Assembly (NCBI GenBank): GCA_043811955.1
Contig: JBDRMQ010000092.1
Coordinates: 1 to 35,250 of the forward strand
Source of the DNA: a bacterium
GTDB lineage: Bacteria > Margulisbacteria > WOR-1 > O2-12-FULL-45-9
DNA length: 35,250 nucleotides
Direction: 5' to 3'
The notes beneath the pieces were generated by a model. The model did not search any database and had not been told where the DNA came from. It saw nothing but the letters and a program-made list of their open reading frames with translations. Of this stretch, positions 33,902 through 35,250 are shown in pieces; within the stretch, counting starts at the first letter, position 1; each line of letters begins with the position of its first letter. The position numbers and the translations under genes are program-made.

Positions 33902-34681
33902 TTAGAAAAGATTTGCCCAGGTAAAACCGATCAACACGGCCCGAGCATCCTTTGCGTCAGTGTTATCTAAGACATTTAAGCCAGAGAGGTTCATGGAAAA
34001 GATCGGGGTCAGATAAAGCCGCAACCCAGCGTTTACCTGCATCAGGGTTTCGCCGGCAATTAAGTCGCTAATTAAGAAGAGGGTGTCGCCAACAGGGAAT
34101 TCAATCCCTGCCATGCCTAGTGGGCGAAAGCGGTTGTCGGGAAAATCACCCTGAAAGCCAAAGGTTAGTTTGGGCCCCTGTGAGAAATATTTTGTGGCGA
34201 CCATATAAACATCGGTCTGGCTATAAGAAAAGAGATTTTCGACCCCGATTGCCATGAGCATAGGATTGGGCTCTTCACCTGTTGAGAGCGAAAGTTTCAT
34301 ATTAACAAAAACCCCTTCGCGAATACGATTGGTCCCCCGCTCTGTCCCCCCAACTAAGCCGATCTCAACGCCGTGAAAGGTCCCCAGGTTCATCATATAA
34401 TAAGCGGTTGTTTCTTCTGACCCCTCGTTACTAGGCAGGGTTTTGCCAAAGGAGCCGCCAAGGTTGAAATTTTTGTAAGGGATAACGTCAGCTGACGGGA
34501 TACGAATGAGGCCGCTAGGGCCGTTTAGTGCTGAGCTGGGGAAAACGTGGATTGCTGCTTGGGCAGCAGAAATGAAGAATGAAGAATGAAGAATGAAGAA
34601 TGATGGCATAACCAGAATAAACAAAATACGCTGAAGCCATACCTTCATTTTACATTTTACATTATTAATTTTACATTCCAT
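33902..34681 (-). CDS. small outer-membrane beta-barrel protein
   Basis: Signal peptide ending AAQA, alternating beta-strand pattern, and a C-terminal ...FTWANLF with terminal Phe (an OMP signature). AGGAGG lies 5 nt before the ATG at 34681. An alternative ATG is at 34648. Confidence 0.65.
   Translation of the reverse strand: MECKINNVKCKMKVWLQRILFILVMPSFFILHSSFFISAAQAAIHVFPSSALNGPSGLIRIPSADVIPYKNFNLGGSFGKTLPSNEGSEETTAYYMMNLGTFHGVEIGLVGGTERGTNRIREGVFVNMKLSLSTGEEPNPMLMAIGVENLFSYSQTDVYMVATKYFSQGPKLTFGFQGDFPDNRFRPLGMAGIEFPVGDTLFLISDLIAGETLMQVNAGLRLYLTPIFSMNLSGLNVLDNTDAKDARAVLIGFTWANLF
34571..34605. repeat. heptanucleotide tandem repeat (aatgaag x4 plus aatgatg; CTTCATT on the coding strand)
   Basis: Counted directly. 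It lies in the signal-peptide coding region of the OMP gene. Confidence 0.9.
34649..34676. repeat. second heptamer array (tttacat x2, tattaat, tttacat; ATGTAAA on the coding strand)
   Basis: Counted directly, within the first 11 codons of the OMP ORF. It creates several ATGs in different frames. Confidence 0.6.
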
Positions 34682-34713
34682 ATAGCCCTCCTTCGCTCTC
34701 GAGTGATGAAGGA

Positions 34714-34742
34714 ATTATAAGCTGTTTCGAATTTCTTTGCAA
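34714..34742 (-). promoter_or_regulatory. promoter of the OMP gene
   Basis: The minus strand reads TTGCAA (34742-34737), 17 nt, TATAAT (34719-34714), then a 32-nt leader (34713-34682) containing AGGAGG. Confidence 0.6.
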
Positions 34743-34788
34743 CCACAGGGGGCCAGGAAGTGCCCGAGGGCGGGAGTACGCTGATTAG

Positions 34789-35250
34789 TTAGCTTGTTAA
34801 TGTTTGATAAATTGTTAATATTTTTTGGGCGATCTGAGGGGAAGAAAATCTTTTCAAAACATCTTCCTTGGCTTTTTCTCCCATCTCTTTTCGCAGGGGT
34901 TCTTCCTTTAGCAGTTTGACGACCTGTGCCACAAACTTAGCTTGATTTGGCGGAACTAAGTAGCCGTCAATTCCATTTCGCACGACATCAGAAATTCCTC
35001 CGCCAAAAACAGCCACAATTGGCAGGCCGCAAGCCTTAGCTTCGGTTAAAACCAAGCCCTGGGTTTCTGTTCTTGAGGCATAAACAAAAACATCGGCACT
35101 GCGGCAATGCTCCAAGATTTCCGCGCGGTTCTTTTGCCCAGCCACAATTATCTTGCTTGATATTTTTCTCGCTCTTTCTCTAATCTCTTCTTCCATTGGC
35201 CCGCCGCCGACCAGAAAAAGCTGAATGTTTGGTTCCTGTTTTTCAATCTC
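34789..35250 (-). CDS. GT4 (group 1) glycosyltransferase, C-terminal part (5' end lies outside the window)
   Basis: ADVFVYASRTETQGLVLTEAKACGLPIVAV...GISDVVRNGIDGYLV is the E-x7-E region. The frame stays open to the window end. Confidence 0.8.
   Translation of the reverse strand, partial: EIEKQEPNIQLFLVGGGPMEEEIRERARKISSKIIVAGQKNRAEILEHCRSADVFVYASRTETQGLVLTEAKACGLPIVAVFGGGISDVVRNGIDGYLVPPNQAKFVAQVVKLLKEEPLRKEMGEKAKEDVLKRFSSPQIAQKILTIYQTLTS

Noticed and set aside
1-35250. CRISPR arrays, tRNA or rRNA genes
   Set aside because: There are no regularly spaced 25-40 nt repeats. The only tandem repeats are the heptamers and the homopolymers. No intergenic segment is long enough or shows cloverleaf-like arms. 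A tRNAscan/Infernal run would confirm this.

Overview
This is the replication-origin neighbourhood of a diderm bacterium (it encodes LPS and outer-membrane-protein functions). I cannot assign taxonomy from sequence alone, and all domain calls are by-eye motif recognition. The conserved backbone runs lpxB, a GnnB/GnnA-like aminotransferase plus oxidoreductase, and rseP. Then come folD, mnmE, jag, yidC, yidD, rnpA and rpmH on the minus strand, DnaA-box clusters, and dnaA, dnaN, DUF721, gyrB and gyrA on the plus strand. The right side holds a DUF296 gene, gcvPA, gcvH, gcvT, a TrmB-like methyltransferase, hisC, a small OMP and a GT4 glycosyltransferase. Accessory material punctures this backbone: (i) Three diverged AAA+ (AAA_14)/DUF4143 ATPase-nuclease genes, each a self-contained cassette with its own leaderless-type promoter. 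One is bracketed by duplicated gyrB 3' ends. Another heads a 4.4-kb island bracketed by duplicated lpxB 3' ends. (ii) That island carries an uncharacterised operon: an FHA-like protein, a degenerate Rossmann-like protein, and a large FHA/Pro-rich protein. This is my best candidate for a novel system. (iii) Two secreted-protein genes upstream of lpxB have G14 and G17 tracts inside the -35/-10 promoter spacer, a phase-variation architecture. An lpxB 5' pseudogene fragment lies beside them. (iv) Two minimal-nucleotidyltransferase, TA-like cassettes; one is wedged between the lpxB promoter and lpxB. (v) Heptanucleotide tandem repeats in the signal-peptide region of an OMP gene. (vi) A 130-bp hairpin-rich, MITE-like element upstream of gcvT, where a glycine riboswitch would be expected. 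Many genes have a near-consensus -10 box 6-7 nt from the ATG, implying leaderless mRNAs. I found no rRNA, tRNA or CRISPR.
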